Of a stretch of 64,000 bases of DNA, positions 1-11,923 are shown one piece after another. Source of the stretch: Dudresnaya verticillata (Eukaryota); the NCBI GenBank assembly GCA_977862235.1, contig OZ374558.1, positions 620,001-684,000 of the forward strand. The letters are read 5' to 3'. The notes beneath the pieces are model-generated. The model did no database searches. It saw nothing but the letters and a program-made list of their open reading frames with translations, and was not told where the DNA came from. Made by a program: the position numbers and the translations under genes. How positions within the stretch are numbered: the stretch's first letter is position 1; every line of letters begins with the position of its first letter.

Positions 1-3000
1 TGAAGGATACACCCTTGAAGGCTACACTAAACATATTCGAGACCATTAAAGTCTCAATTCATTTTATAAAGGGAAGGGGCACGCTGACGAAAAGGAAAGC
101 GAGGTAGAACAGGATAAGTAGAAAGAGTGGGAACTGAAAAGTTGGAAAGTGCTATTGTGTTTCGATGGCTAGACGTACTGCAGACCTCGAGCCGGCCAGC
201 ATAAATAGGCCAAGGCCTGCACCACAATGTGTTGCTGCAGCATGAATACGGCTACAGTACTTGATGTAGCATAAAACTAAACAAACAGCTAGTTCTAACA
301 GACCGTAGCGGTGAACCGCTGGAATAATCGTAACAACATAGCAGAAATAGTAGTAGCTCAGCCATGAGTGAACAGCTGCTCAAGCCAAATTATTCATTCA
401 CGTGCCCTTGGGGCGGGGCTTTTGCGATAACTTTTGTTGCTATTCTTGTTCAGCGATACAAGATCTGATCGATTCCGAGGTGCACACTGCTTGGAACTGT
501 AACGTTTTCTCGATCTTGGAAAGGGCTGATGCCCAATCTTTCTATATTATCCCACTCCGTGTGCTGCCAGAACTTTGTCGGAAAACGCAAGGATTTGGAT
601 GCACTTGTTTACGAGAGCTATTACATATGGCTTGGGAAGACCTGCCCGGTGGCAGATTTGTTCTTTCAGAAACGCGCAGGGCCCCCGAGCTGGCGGTAGG
701 CAACCGCCGAGACTACTCGGCAAAGTGGTGAGCAAAGTTGAGAAAGAAAGCAGCGAGATACAGAGACTTGCGGCGACGTGACAAGCTGTTCGGTCGGCGA
801 CAGGGAACAGAGTGGAGCCCGGCGGTCCGCGTTGGCAGCAACTTTCGCCGTCGCGACAACTGAAAGCCAGAAGACCGCAACGGCCGCCACGCCCAGTGCG
901 GTGCATCAATACGAAAGTGATAAATCCGTTGCAGTATCAATATGGGGTGCTTGAGGTAGCGCAAACGTCCTCAACAGATATTCCTGTGGCTGCATCATTC
1001 GTTCCACATCGCTTGGTGCAGATAAGCAAGTGCTACTGTAACATTACGTCACGCTTCCGTCCACTGCAATAAACTCACATCTTCGATTCAGCCAGGTCAC
1101 GATGCTATGAGATATCGCTTGCCACTCGCACTTATTCTCATGAGTAAGTATCAACGGAGGATTGAAAAACTCTTGCAGGGTCTTACACGCATATGATATG
1201 GTGTTATAATGCATTGTTATGCAATGCAGAATGAAATAAAGAAGCACAAGTATATACAATTGGCATGCACTGGGAGGAGCAGCTCTTTTGAGGACTTGCT
1301 TACAATGTACAACATGCGGTTCGAGATGAGTAGGGAAAATCCGTTTCACAATCCTGGCTGCATACATTTGAAGCAACAAAACGCTGCAGGAACGTCATAT
1401 ATTGAGCATCACGCTGTCTCAGGAAAGATGGGACAGCCAAGCAGCCCATGTTGGAAAAGGGATTGCAGAATGCGGAGCATCCTGTAGTGTCTAGAAAACT
1501 TGAGTGTGTACGGGATACTGCAACATTCCAAGAGCTATTGTGGCCCAAGTGGAACCTGACCTTCGACAGCAATAAATAGTACCATCACACACACACGCAC
1601 ACCTCTATTTCTCAATCTATGGATCGTCACTGTATTCTGCGAGTGAGAGAAAATAGTGTCTTTCCATTTGCCAAGGCCTCCTGCATCCTGCATTTCGGCA
1701 GATCATGCGTACGCATCGAGACTAAGGTGTCATTCAAAACGGTCAAGGTGAGTGAGCGGCATTGTTCGAGCTATGCACTAATCAAGTTGGGGCGAAAAGA
1801 CAGGCCACGCGACGTAGTGTTCTTACAAGAAGGCAGACTTACCAGTCGCTCAAGTGAGCGTCTCGTGTGGTTGTCATGCTTCTCAGTGGAATCAGGAAGC
1901 CCAATACAGTAGACACTCATCAGACGCCCGCGAGGGACCTCACTGCAACTTGCGCAAGGAGTGCTGAGCACCTGCTGAATGGATTCGTTCCTCCGGGAGA
2001 AAACGAAACTGACAGCTTCCTTGCTGCAGCTGCTCACCTGACTCTAAGAGAAACTCGCAGTGCACAGCGCTCCTTCCTCTGTCCACACTTCTGCATATGG
2101 GTATTTTCTGCACACATCATAATAATAACCTCCGCATGGTCTTGTATGTGGATGACCGCAGTTTCGCGCATACCCCTCAATATTTCGATGTCCGCAGTAA
2201 TAAGGCCTCGCTCTCGCTTGCGTGAGAGCACAAAGTGATCCCACTATCGCCGCATCTGCTCCACGCTTGTGTCCTTGGCATGGAACGCCATTCTATGATT
2301 TTAGCATTAGCACTGGCTTTGGGCTTGGTGTGCGCCGTATCGCACAATTTGCGGCAGCGAAGCAAGGCTCTTCTCCGGCCACTGAACGCCTCAAGCTTAC
2401 TAATCACCTACTTTCCTTGGTCCTCCAATGTATCGCGGTTAGCATTAATTACCGCAAAGCTATCTCCCCCCCTAATTGCATTAGATCTACTTCCTGACCC
2501 GCCTTAATGAGCTTCATTGCAATAAAGGCAGTTTCGTTGATACTAAAAAAAGCTTGCTCTTACAAAGGCGTGTCCATGAATTGTTTTGTCTCTTTGGTGC
2601 TCAATCTTTCGAATCCTGCATCCATCGAACACGATTGACACAAACTCATAAAATTCGCAGTATTCTTGTTTAACAATCCTATGGTATCTTTATTAGACTC
2701 TTTTGGGTCAACTGCTCGAGTTAAATTGACGATCGACTAGACGCATGATCAAGAGAAGAATTATTATTACAGAAGTATATATCTGTGTATGACGTTATGA
2801 AAGAACTGGAATAAGGCATTGGCAAATGAGCTGTGGTAGCGGTAAGTTGCAGAACAGGTTCTACTAGGATCGAAACTGGCAATCTGGATCAAGGCTTGTG
2901 AGAAATTTTCTTACCTTGTGCTTTCAAGTAGATGAAAACCTCTCCTTAAATGAGTCAGTGTTGGGTAGTTTGGGTAAATGCTTCCTACAAAAATATAATA

Positions 3001-5340
3001 TTCTCTTCTTATCGAACCGCATATATGTACGAAGTGGAGTTGGTATCGTCAATATCGAATTAGTAGATGCTACATGGAACAGAGGAAGTACAGAACATGA
3101 AGGAAGTCGATAACGATAATTCAGAAATGTCACTTATTGAACATTAATTCATCAGAGCAGCAGGTTGCTGTGCTTTCGACATGGAAGGGGTTGTCACTGG
3201 AATTGTGCTCGAATATGTCGTCGTTGGCTCTTTTGTAGAGATGTGCTTAGGTAGCGAAGTTATTGAAAGTAGGACTCGCAGGCAGGACTCCAGTCATATT
3301 TCCAGAATTCGAAGACTTCACAACTTCTCAGCAAGTATTAGACCACATCCTTATTACTCTGTTGGCGAGGCAGCAAATTGGAGCACATCAAGTTGCACAC
3401 AAAACGCTTCCTCCAAAAACATCACTAGGTTGTCAAATAGAAGTCGGCCACTTTGCAACAGTTTCCTCTTGGTCGAGGATCCCCCACAAAGGCAACCAAC
3501 GCAGGGCTACAATAATATATATATATACTATATATATATACTTTCCCGCACTCTACGACCTGGGTGGTCTCGTTCCCCGCCTCTTCCTACCGACACAACG
3601 TCTTGCTTTCCGCACCGAACAAACATGGGCAACAAGTGGAGCACTCAAAAAATTGTTATGCAAAAGCCCCTGAATCATACAGAGTTCGGAGGGGGAGCGG
3701 GTCCATTCCGTCTTGGTCCTCGAAAAGGGGTCTTTGGCGGTTTGGTCTTCTGCAAATCAAGAACAATACCGCGAAGGATGAGGGTAATTCACCAAGGCGC
3801 GCAGGCCTGGCTGATATCGCACACGCTTCACCGAAATTGAAACCCGTGGAGCACCAAGAATGAAAACAAGGAGACCCCGGCTACATCTACAAGTGGGAAT
3901 GGGGAAATTATGAATGATCCATTTCCTAGCTGTAAGAAGAAGGGAAGTGGGCGTTGTGGGAAGACGGAAGGCAACGTTGGTGGCCTGCACTCATCGGACA
4001 AAGTCACAATAGCATCTACTAGCGATTCGGCGGAAAGCAAACGCGTAAGTAATAACGCACGCTAGTCGCCCAAGAAGTCCAAGTCACCTGCCATTACGAG
4101 GAGAGGTAGCAGAAGACTTGAAATCTCTACTACATCACCGCGAATGACGTCGAAAGGTATCCGGCAAAAATGGTCCGGGAGAAGTAGGCAACTAGACAAG
4201 GAGACACAGGAGAAGAATGGAAAGAGCTGTGCTCATCGCTCCCGCCCGCCCACGGTCCCTGCTCATTTGAAAACTTGCAAACGCAACTCAAACCATCGGA
4301 AGAGCAGCGATAACGCTAACGGCCTGAATACAACTCTGCCTCGCAGCAGGAAAGGACTTTGGGGCGACCATGCTTGCTCTCATTCTAAGCACGGGGAAGG
4401 CTTGAATTCTCGGAGGGCGCAGAGTACTCGAGATGAATCACGTCAGTGCAACGAGGAGGGAAGACGTTTGAAGATGGATAAACGCGCAAGCAAAAAGGAC
4501 GCTGCTTCGGGCCAGAACGGAAAATGGCTTGCCAAAAGGGGTGGCAGCAGTTCCGCAAGCGCTTTGAGCAGTAGACGTAACAGTCAAGAGAGGAGTGTCT
4601 CGAAGACGCTGAACACGAAGAAGCTTCCTCCTTCCTTTAACTCTGCTCGCCCATCCATCCGTACAGGAAAGCACTTGGCAATCGCAACAGGGATTAGACT
4701 TTTCTCTTCCAAAGAGCAGGTCTTCGGATGGAAAGCATTCCGTTCCATGGCATTTGAGTAGCACCCGTCCTTCTGGCAGTCCTAGTGAAGGACGGGGTGC
4801 GACCGTGGGCCCGTTTGCTCCTCCAGGTACTACGAACGAAGAAGAAGCAAGTGGAAATGACCGTGGAAGAGGTGGTGTTGGAAAGGTGGGACGCAGACGG
4901 ATGTTGCTGAATATTGGGAGTATGGAGAGAATTAACTTGAACTTTTCTTGAATGCAGTCGCTCTGGCGACTTGAGCCTCCAAGTGAGATAATGGATTTGT
5001 GCTGAAGAAGACAACGAGTGTAAGAGTGTAAGTTTATTCTTAAGGGGATGCATGGGCAGAGTATACAAGAGCGTAGCTGGCTAACAATGCGCTGCAGAAA
5101 CTCGCTCGCAAAAGCAGGACTTGAGCCAGCGCGCGTCGGTAGACGGAAGATGAGAGAGGTCCACAGTGTGGACGGCGGCCTCCGCCGGGCCGGCATTTCT
5201 ACGCTGTGCGGCGCCAGCGGTCGCGGGGCGATTAGGTGATAGGCTACGCACAACGCGGAGCGTCATCGGTCGGCCAACAACAGCCGAAGGGCCACACCGC
5301 ACCTCTCGCGAGAAGACTCGAACGACGCGTCGCGGCGCGT

Positions 5341-5540
5341 CCAGCAACAACGCCACGGCCCCAAAACACCAAACCGCCACAAACCCGTCAACCGCCGCCG
5401 CCGCCGCCGCGCAGTCCACAGCAATGCCGCGCGTCAATGCACTGCACCGCCACCGCGCCGGCCGTGTCGCAAACCGCATTGGCCGCGCGCCGCCGCCGCG
5501 TCATCCGCGCGCCGCCGTCAACACTGCCGCGCCGCGTCAA
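5341..5540 (+). promoter_or_regulatory. Upstream motif cluster of bZIP paralogue 1 (CGTCAA x4, CATTGG)
   Basis: CGTCAA at 5386, 5432, 5516 and 5535; CAGCAATG at 5419; CATTGG at 5477. The same motif order is mirrored upstream of paralogue 2. Confidence 0.5.
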
Positions 5541-5663
5541 CCGCGCGAGCCGCGTTGCGCGCGCGCCCGCCCCACCCCCCCGCGCAACCTCCGCTCAACT
5601 CCGCGCGCAACCCTCCGCCTGCCCCCGCGCGCGCACATCACGTCGCGCCGCCGCGGAACAGCC

Positions 5664-6532
5664 ATGTCGCCACCGCCGTCCACCCCACGCCCGCCCCCGC
5701 GCCCGCGCCCGTGCCGCCGCCTCGCGCCGGCCGGCCGGCTGCCCGCCGCGCCGCCGCGCGCGCCCTGCGCGCGCGCGCACGCGCGTGCGCGCGCGTCGCG
5801 GCCGCGGTACGCGCGGCTGGAGGAGCTGCGGCGCGTGCGCACGCGGCGTGGCGGGCTTCAGCGGGGGTGCGCGCGGGGCGCGCGTCGCGCGCGATCACCA
5901 AGCGGCAGCAGAGCAACAAGCGCAGCGCGGAGATCTGCCGCGCGGCGGGCGGCGTGTACGTCGGGTATCTGGAGCGCGAGGTCGTGCGCGAGGAGCAGCG
6001 CCAGCTGCGCGTGACCGCGCTTCTGTTCGAGCAGGCCGAGCTTGGGTGCACGCTGCGCCAGCGCATCCGGGTGGCTGAGCTTGCGCTTGTGCGTGCGAGA
6101 GGCGTGCGGAGCTGGATTGGGGGCGGCGTGGGGCGGGGTGCGTGTGGGGAGGAGCGGTTTTCTCTGGATTCGGACGGTGGTGGAAGGGAGGGTATGGGGG
6201 TTGGTGGCGATGAGCAGCACGGTGGAGGAGCTTTGCATGGTTTGGACTTGGTCTTGAATAGTGTGATTGCGGTGGATAACGAGGACGATCGCGAGCAGGA
6301 GGAGAAGAGATGTGGCTTCGAGTGGCAGGCGTGTTACTCTGAGAGCTCCGCAGTCAGCCAAAGTGAAGGCCCTTTCCCCGACGTAATCGAGGCTCTTGGG
6401 AATGGGGATGAAGGCGACGAAAAGTCGCAAGATGCAAAGCACAAGTCGCCTACGGCTATCGTCGGTACAGCATCTGAGTTGGCCACGATGATGCAGCTAG
6501 GAGAAAGCGGACGAGGTGATCCTTCAAACTAG
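5664..6532 (+). CDS. bZIP transcription factor, paralogue 1 (apparent frameshift near 5890)
   Basis: ATG at 5664 (MSPPPSTP...RLEELRRVRTRRGG). After a shift inside cgcgcgcga it continues as AITKRQQSNKRSAEICRAAGGVYVGYLEREV, which has the bZIP N-x7-R basic motif followed by a weak zipper. Aligns with the gene at 6847-7499. Confidence 0.7.
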
Positions 6533-6846
6533 CACACCCGTTGCGTATTGTACTACAGAGATGAATGAACACTTGTTCCGAGTTTTACAACTTTGATCCA
6601 AGCCATAGTGAAGACAACAAGTAGGACTTTGGTGACGAATGGTCGAGAGCCAACGGGCCGTGTAACGACGTCGAGTATAGGCCACCTGCTCTCTAGTAGC
6701 TAGCTGGGTGATGTGATGTTGTTCACAGCTCTGCTCTCGGTGATCTGCAATCTGCAAGCTTGGGAGACGCCAAAGTCTCAACAGAGATCAATGCGCATGT
6801 TGTCAACTCACGTTGAAGACAAACACTGAGATTTACTTTCAAACTA

Positions 6847-7499
6847 TTAAAGCGTTGACAAAGGATTCCTTACGCACTGGGTGAGTCGAATATTGGCCGG
6901 AACAGGAACGACGGCGGGAGTGCCGAAGACCGAGACCGGCGAGGACTCTGTTTCCAACGAATGCTTGACACGGTCCTCCTCCAGCGCATCACCACCAACA
7001 AGGCCGTCAAAGTCTTCCTTGTCAAACAACAACAAGTCGTGCTGAGCACCATCATCCCCGCCGTTCGGCCCACCCGTGTCGAGCACCCAAGCGAGCGCAT
7101 CCGCGTCACCCATGCGTTCCTCGCGGCGGCGCGCAAGCGCGTGTTCCGCGCGGCGTACTCTGCCGCGCAGGCGCGCGGCCAGCGCGCAGTGCGCGGCCAG
7201 CTGGCGCGCCAGGTGCGCGCGGCGCGCGTCGGCCGCGGCCACGTCGCGCTCCAGCAGCCCGATGTACGCGGCCTTTGCCAGGCGCGACCGCTCCGCGCTG
7301 CGCTTGTTGCTCAGCTGGCGCTTGGACAGCGCGCGCGCCGCGGCTCGTGCGACGCGTGCGCGGCGGCCGCGACGCGGCGCGCGCAGAGCGAGAGCTGGCG
7401 CAGACGCGGGTGCGCGGGCGGCGGCGGCGGCGCGCGGCGCGTGGCGCGCGGCACGGAGGCGGTGGCGGTGGCGGTGGCGGTGGCGGTGGAGCTCGGCAT
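6847..7499 (-). CDS. bZIP transcription factor, paralogue 2 (apparent frameshift near 7390)
   Basis: ORF 6847-7581 contains LSKRQLSNKRSAERSRLAKAAYIGLLERDV (N-x7-R-x9-L). The nearest ATG (7499, MPSSTATATA...HPRLRQL) is in another frame and aligns with paralogue 1 upstream of the basic region. Confidence 0.75.
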
Positions 7500-7585
7500 G
7501 GTGGCGGGGAGGGAGCGTTGCGGGGCGGTCGTGCGGGGAGAGGACGAGGACGGCGGGGCGTTGCGCGCGGCGCGGGCTCACGGGC

Positions 7586-7730
7586 TTTATGCGCGCGCGC
7601 GCGCGTTGACGGCGCCCGCGGCGTTGACGCGGCGCGCGCTCGCGCCAATGGGATTTGCGCCACGCCGGCGCGCGACGGCGGTCATTGCTGTGCGCGTTGA
7701 CGGCGCGCGTCCACCGCCCGTCGTTGCTGG
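7586..7730 (-). promoter_or_regulatory. Upstream motif cluster of bZIP paralogue 2 (TTGACG x3, CCAATG)
   Basis: TTGACG at 7606, 7624 and 7697; CCAATG at 7645; CATTGCTG at 7683; GTTGCTGG at 7723. Confidence 0.5.
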
Positions 7731-8043
7731 CAACCTCTTCCGCGTCGCGAGGCCCCGTCGGGCGGCAAGACGAGTCAGCAAGCTATGTCGCTTTGGATGC
7801 CAACCACGGCGATTGATCGCCAGCGCTTGAAACCGGAGAACGTGAGATACAATGCGAGGAGATGCCATGGCCCTTCCGACCGCGGATTGCGTGCCACGTC
7901 ATGGCGGAAACCGCGACGCAGCGATTCTGGAAACGCTTTAGCTTTTGGCAGAACAGGTCTCGGAAAACCGTCAAGTCGGCGCAACTTTGTTGAAGCCGGA
8001 CTGCAGCTTCCGAGCGGCACCCGCAATTAGTCAATGGCGCACT

Positions 8044-8100
8044 TCTAATTGTAGACACTGGCGCGAGTCTAATTGTCTGTGTTGGTGTAGTTCTAATTGT
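8044..8100. repeat. TCTAATTGT x3 at exact 24-bp spacing
   Basis: Identical 9-mers start at 8044, 8068 and 8092. Confidence 0.8.
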
Positions 8101-8741
8101 AAGAGCAGTAGGTTCTCGGCATTACCAGCAGGATAGAGGTTACCTAAAGAACCAGCTGCGACTGCTTGCTGGGAATAGCCCAATGCACGCAGCGCAGCAA
8201 GTTGACAACTCCCGTACACCTTTCAACAAAGTTGCACACAGCGCCGCATGCTGCCTGTCCGTTCACTGGCACTTGGGTACGTACATTCCCAATGCCCCCA
8301 TACGACCACTCTAATAGAGCAGTGAAGCACACGGTCGCACGCACGCAGAAGCCCGACTGCAGCTGCAGTGGTGATAAAGTTTACTCAGCAAAGTTTCGAG
8401 TGCACTTGTGCACTTGCCTCGGCGTCAACGGCCTACTGGCACACTCACACATTACGTATCTACAACTGGGATTATCGATCTGTGGAGGCGTCGTCGGAGG
8501 ATGTAGCATCTGCAGCTGCAGTGCGCAAAGTTGTTCGTTCATGACAAATGATACGTATCGCTCTTTCTCCTCGTTCTACCGCAATTTCCACAAGTTCTGA
8601 ATGCGCACAGCTTTGCACCAAATTGCCATTCTGCTGCTCCCCGCAACTCCCCCCAGGCCTTCCCCTCCCGGAAGCCCCCGCTTTAGTTTTGAGCGTACGC
8701 ACGACTAGACTTCCGCGAGACGGAAAAAAGGGGGTAGAAGA

Positions 8742-9365
8742 ATGCCCAACAGGAACAAGTTTTCGGCGTTGAAATCCGTCACGACGTCGCTTGGCGGCCC
8801 CGCGTCGTCGCGTGATGCCACCGTGCCGCCGAACGTCTTCCAGGAACTCCTGGAGAAATATTCCCTGATCGGCCGCGAGGTTTGCATACAGTGGCACGAT
8901 TCCGAGTGGTACGAAGCAGTCGTAGTGTGCTACTACACCGAAGAGGACTCGTACAAGCTGGTGTACCGCGCGGATGACGCCATCGAAGTTACCAAGCTCG
9001 GCGAGGACGTGCAGTGGTACGTGCTACCGAAGAAGCGTCCGATCCCGGGCCACCCCGTTCTTGATGGTGCGCTCGTCGAGTTCAAGTATCCTTTGGACGG
9101 GAAGCGATACTCGGCTATCGTTTACGATTATTCAAAGGATTGTGCGAAATTGAAGATCGCGTATACTGATCATCATGGGACTGATGTTCTTAAAGGAGGT
9201 GGATGGGACTTTATCACTTCCTCACCGTGTCTCAATGACTCCGAAATTGGAGGAAACATCTCTCAGCACGACCATGAGAGCCTCAGCGGCGGAGTGAGTA
9301 TCAGACAATCGTCGAATCAAGTCGAAAGACCTTCAAAAAGATTCTGTCCGGGCAAAGAGGAATAG
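8742..9365 (+). CDS. Small protein with tandem Tudor/Agenet-like domains
   Basis: Intact 207-aa ORF. IGREVCIQWHDSEWYEAVVVCYYTEEDSYKLVYRADD and GALVEFKYPLDGKRYSAIVYDYSKDCAKLKIAYTD both fit the Tudor-like beta-barrel pattern. Confidence 0.7.
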   Translation: MPNRNKFSALKSVTTSLGGPASSRDATVPPNVFQELLEKYSLIGREVCIQWHDSEWYEAVVVCYYTEEDSYKLVYRADDAIEVTKLGEDVQWYVLPKKRPIPGHPVLDGALVEFKYPLDGKRYSAIVYDYSKDCAKLKIAYTDHHGTDVLKGGGWDFITSSPCLNDSEIGGNISQHDHESLSGGVSIRQSSNQVERPSKRFCPGKEE

Positions 9366-10213
9366 ATCCGCTTGTGTTTGGGAATGGTGCTGCAAGTTTG
9401 CGTTGCTATCTCGTTACTACTTCCTTTTGTCTCCAAGGCGAAATATCCTTGATAAACTTGCAACGTAAATTTCCTGTACTAGGGCAAGTCCAAGACCACA
9501 GAGTTTATGTGGAAACTCTAGGAGGGTAACTTCGACAGACTTATCGTGTGTTTGTCTAATGGCAGTAAATTGCATACGGGTGAGACGTCACGAAATGTTT
9601 TGCTTCTTAAAACGTTTATTGTTATTCCAACCCAGTCAGTTGAATGACATCACGAATCTTATTACACCGTCCATCCTGAAAACTCGTTAATCACAAGTCT
9701 ACCTGACACCCCGAGAGCTTTATGTTTGTAGGTATGCTTCGACTGTATCCACTGTGCCCCTATTGACTTGACAAGAGCAAGTCACTGGAGCAGTTTCCCA
9801 TCGATGAAATGGAATAAATAATGCAGTGTTGCTCTCAGCACTCCCATGTCTGAATAACTTGGCTTGAAGAGCTGTTCACTAAAGGCTGAACCACTACCAT
9901 TTGTTTTAATGTTTATCGTTCAAGCACTGCCGTTCAAGCTATTTGTTTTACTGTTTATCATTCAAGCAGTTCAGCACTTACAGACGCCTACTGGCGAACG
10001 ATATGGATGGGTTTAAAAATAAATCTACCCAATTGGCGCGCGAAGCTGATTTTGTATTATGGCGCGCATTTAGTAATCAGCGGATGCGCGCCCATGCAAA
10101 GCCATGCAAAAACCCCCGCTGCCTCCTCACAGCTCCTTTCCTCTTCACCTTTGCTCTCCGGCTGCCCAGACAGTTTCGGCCACAATGTACACACAAACAC
10201 TACAGCAATTGCG

Positions 10214-10551
10214 ATGTCTCCGCGAGACGGCAATGAAATCAACAGCAGGCTCGCCGCTGCTGTTCGCGCTGTGAGCGTAGGCAAAACTTTTCGAACCGCG
10301 GATGCTGCATTGAACGTCAGCCTCAGTACCCTACATCGCCATGTGACGAAGAAGATCAATAAGCCGTCAACGAAGCCGGGCAGGAAAATTGCCATTCAAC
10401 CACAGGAAGAACAAGTCGTGATCTTCCTGCTTCGCTTTGCTCGCAGAGGCATCCTATTTACGCATGAAAATCTCCGACAGCCTGTTGAATTAATCTTCCC
10501 GGTATGTCCTCATGCAGACGTTTGCTACTGCCCTTCAAAAACGGCTTACCG
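10214..10551 (+). pseudogene. pogo/Tigger-like (Tc1/mariner) transposase, N-terminal fragment
   Basis: Psq-type HTH (LAAAVRAVSVGKTFRTADAALNVSLSTLHRHV), then GRK..I...EEQ and a CENP-B-type HTH start. After a frameshift it reads LPFKNGLP and is cut at 10552 by TGTAGTAGAATG. Confidence 0.75.
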
Positions 10552-10633
10552 TGTAGTAGAATGACTTCAAAGTCATAAATGACCACAAAACAGCGCGACA
10601 GGTCTTATAAGCGATATTCCACTGCGTCAATGG

Positions 10634-11923
10634 TGTAGTGGAATGACCACGGGGCCAGGTAGAACGGAAACAAACCAGAACACCTGTCCTATGGTCACCA
10701 CTAGCTTCGGTAGCTCGGGAAAAGGGGGTGTTGGTAGAGACTTGGGAAAAAGGCACAAAGCCTAGGACAAAGGGGAAAAGGGAAGAGCGGCGCTACCCAG
10801 CTCGCGCAGAGCTTCCGTCGTGCGGAGACCAGGCTCCTAGAGCGCCTGAAATGGGCTAAAAGTAGGGTGAGTCCGTGTGTAGTGCACTGGGACTCGCCCC
10901 ATTCGCCTGATCCAATTCCGGATCCTTTGCCTTACAGGCGCGCTTTACAGGCGCATCGTTGCCGACTGACTGACAGCACAGTCTACAGTAAGCACGAGCA
11001 GGCCCATTCAGCTCTCCACTCTAGATCTAGATCTAGCTCTAGCGCTTACAGCCTACAGTAGTGTAAGTGCGTCTTCCGGCGCCGCCGCGCCGGCGGCGGT
11101 AGTACTTACCCACCTAGGGCTGCACATCTGGTAAACGGAGTGGCATCGACCCTCGGGCCTAAACATTCGGTGCCAAGCTTGGAGTCGCGCGGAACCTGAG
11201 TAGCCTCACGCCTAGGACATCGGTGCCGACCGAGTCCACGTGAGCCTATCTGCTCGTGGACCTCCGTGAACGCAGATCGTCACCCGTTTACCAGTTGTAC
11301 CGCGAACTAGGTACGCTACCACTAACCTATCTCTACTGTCTACCTTTTCCCTTTTCCTTTACCTTTTCCCTTTCCCTTTTTGGTCCCTGCACCCTATCCT
11401 TTGCAGGGTGGTCTCCCGCACCGCGCCCGGACTGCGCGGGTGTCCTTACGATCAGGCCTGGCTTGTCCCTCCATCGGGACCTGTCTTTGGTGGATTGTGA
11501 GTGCTCCACACCGTGAATGCCAGAAAAGGGAACAAGACCCAAACCCACCATAGGGTTCTATTCAGGAGGCCCCTGCTACTCAAGGGCCTACTAATTATAG
11601 CAGAGCCGGAAATGCTCTTACCTCCTATGAGCTATTCTAAGCTATTATAGCTGTAATTATTATTCTAATAGTACGGCTGTTAGTTATAAATACGGATTAG
11701 TGGTAGTACTGCGTCGGGCCGCGTGAGCGGCTACAATGCATTACCCAATGGCAATTCGCCATCAAATTTGGGGCCAGCAGGGACGCCAGCGAGGCGCATC
11801 ATCCTTACAGCGCACGGCCCTTGTGCGCGCGTTACAGCTTGAAGCGAGTGCACGTCCTACACCTTAATTCGCACACAAGACTTACAGTGCGCCAGCACTT
11901 CTGCTGCGGCTCATTCTTCCACA
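10634..11923 (-). repeat. Probable 3' LTR of element A (interrupted by a solo LTR)
   Basis: Termini TGTAGTGGAATGA (10634) and TCATTCTTCCACA (11923) form an imperfect inverted repeat. There is no partner LTR in the window, so the right boundary is tentative. Confidence 0.5.
10878..11510 (+). mobile_element. Solo LTR (633 bp), TSD CCGTG
   Basis: TGTAGTGCAC...GTGCTCCACA flanked by CCGTG at 10873-10877 and 11511-11515. Confidence 0.85.

Noticed and set aside
960..1070. Kinase-like ALAYLH...HRNI string on the minus strand
   Set aside because: Surrounded by stops with no other kinase motifs; probably chance.
3514..3540. (TA)n microsatellite
   Set aside because: Short ordinary simple repeat with no supporting context.
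5081..7868. Many long overlapping Arg/Ala/Pro-rich ORFs
   Set aside because: Shadow frames of extremely GC-rich DNA; only the two bZIP frames have recognisable motifs.
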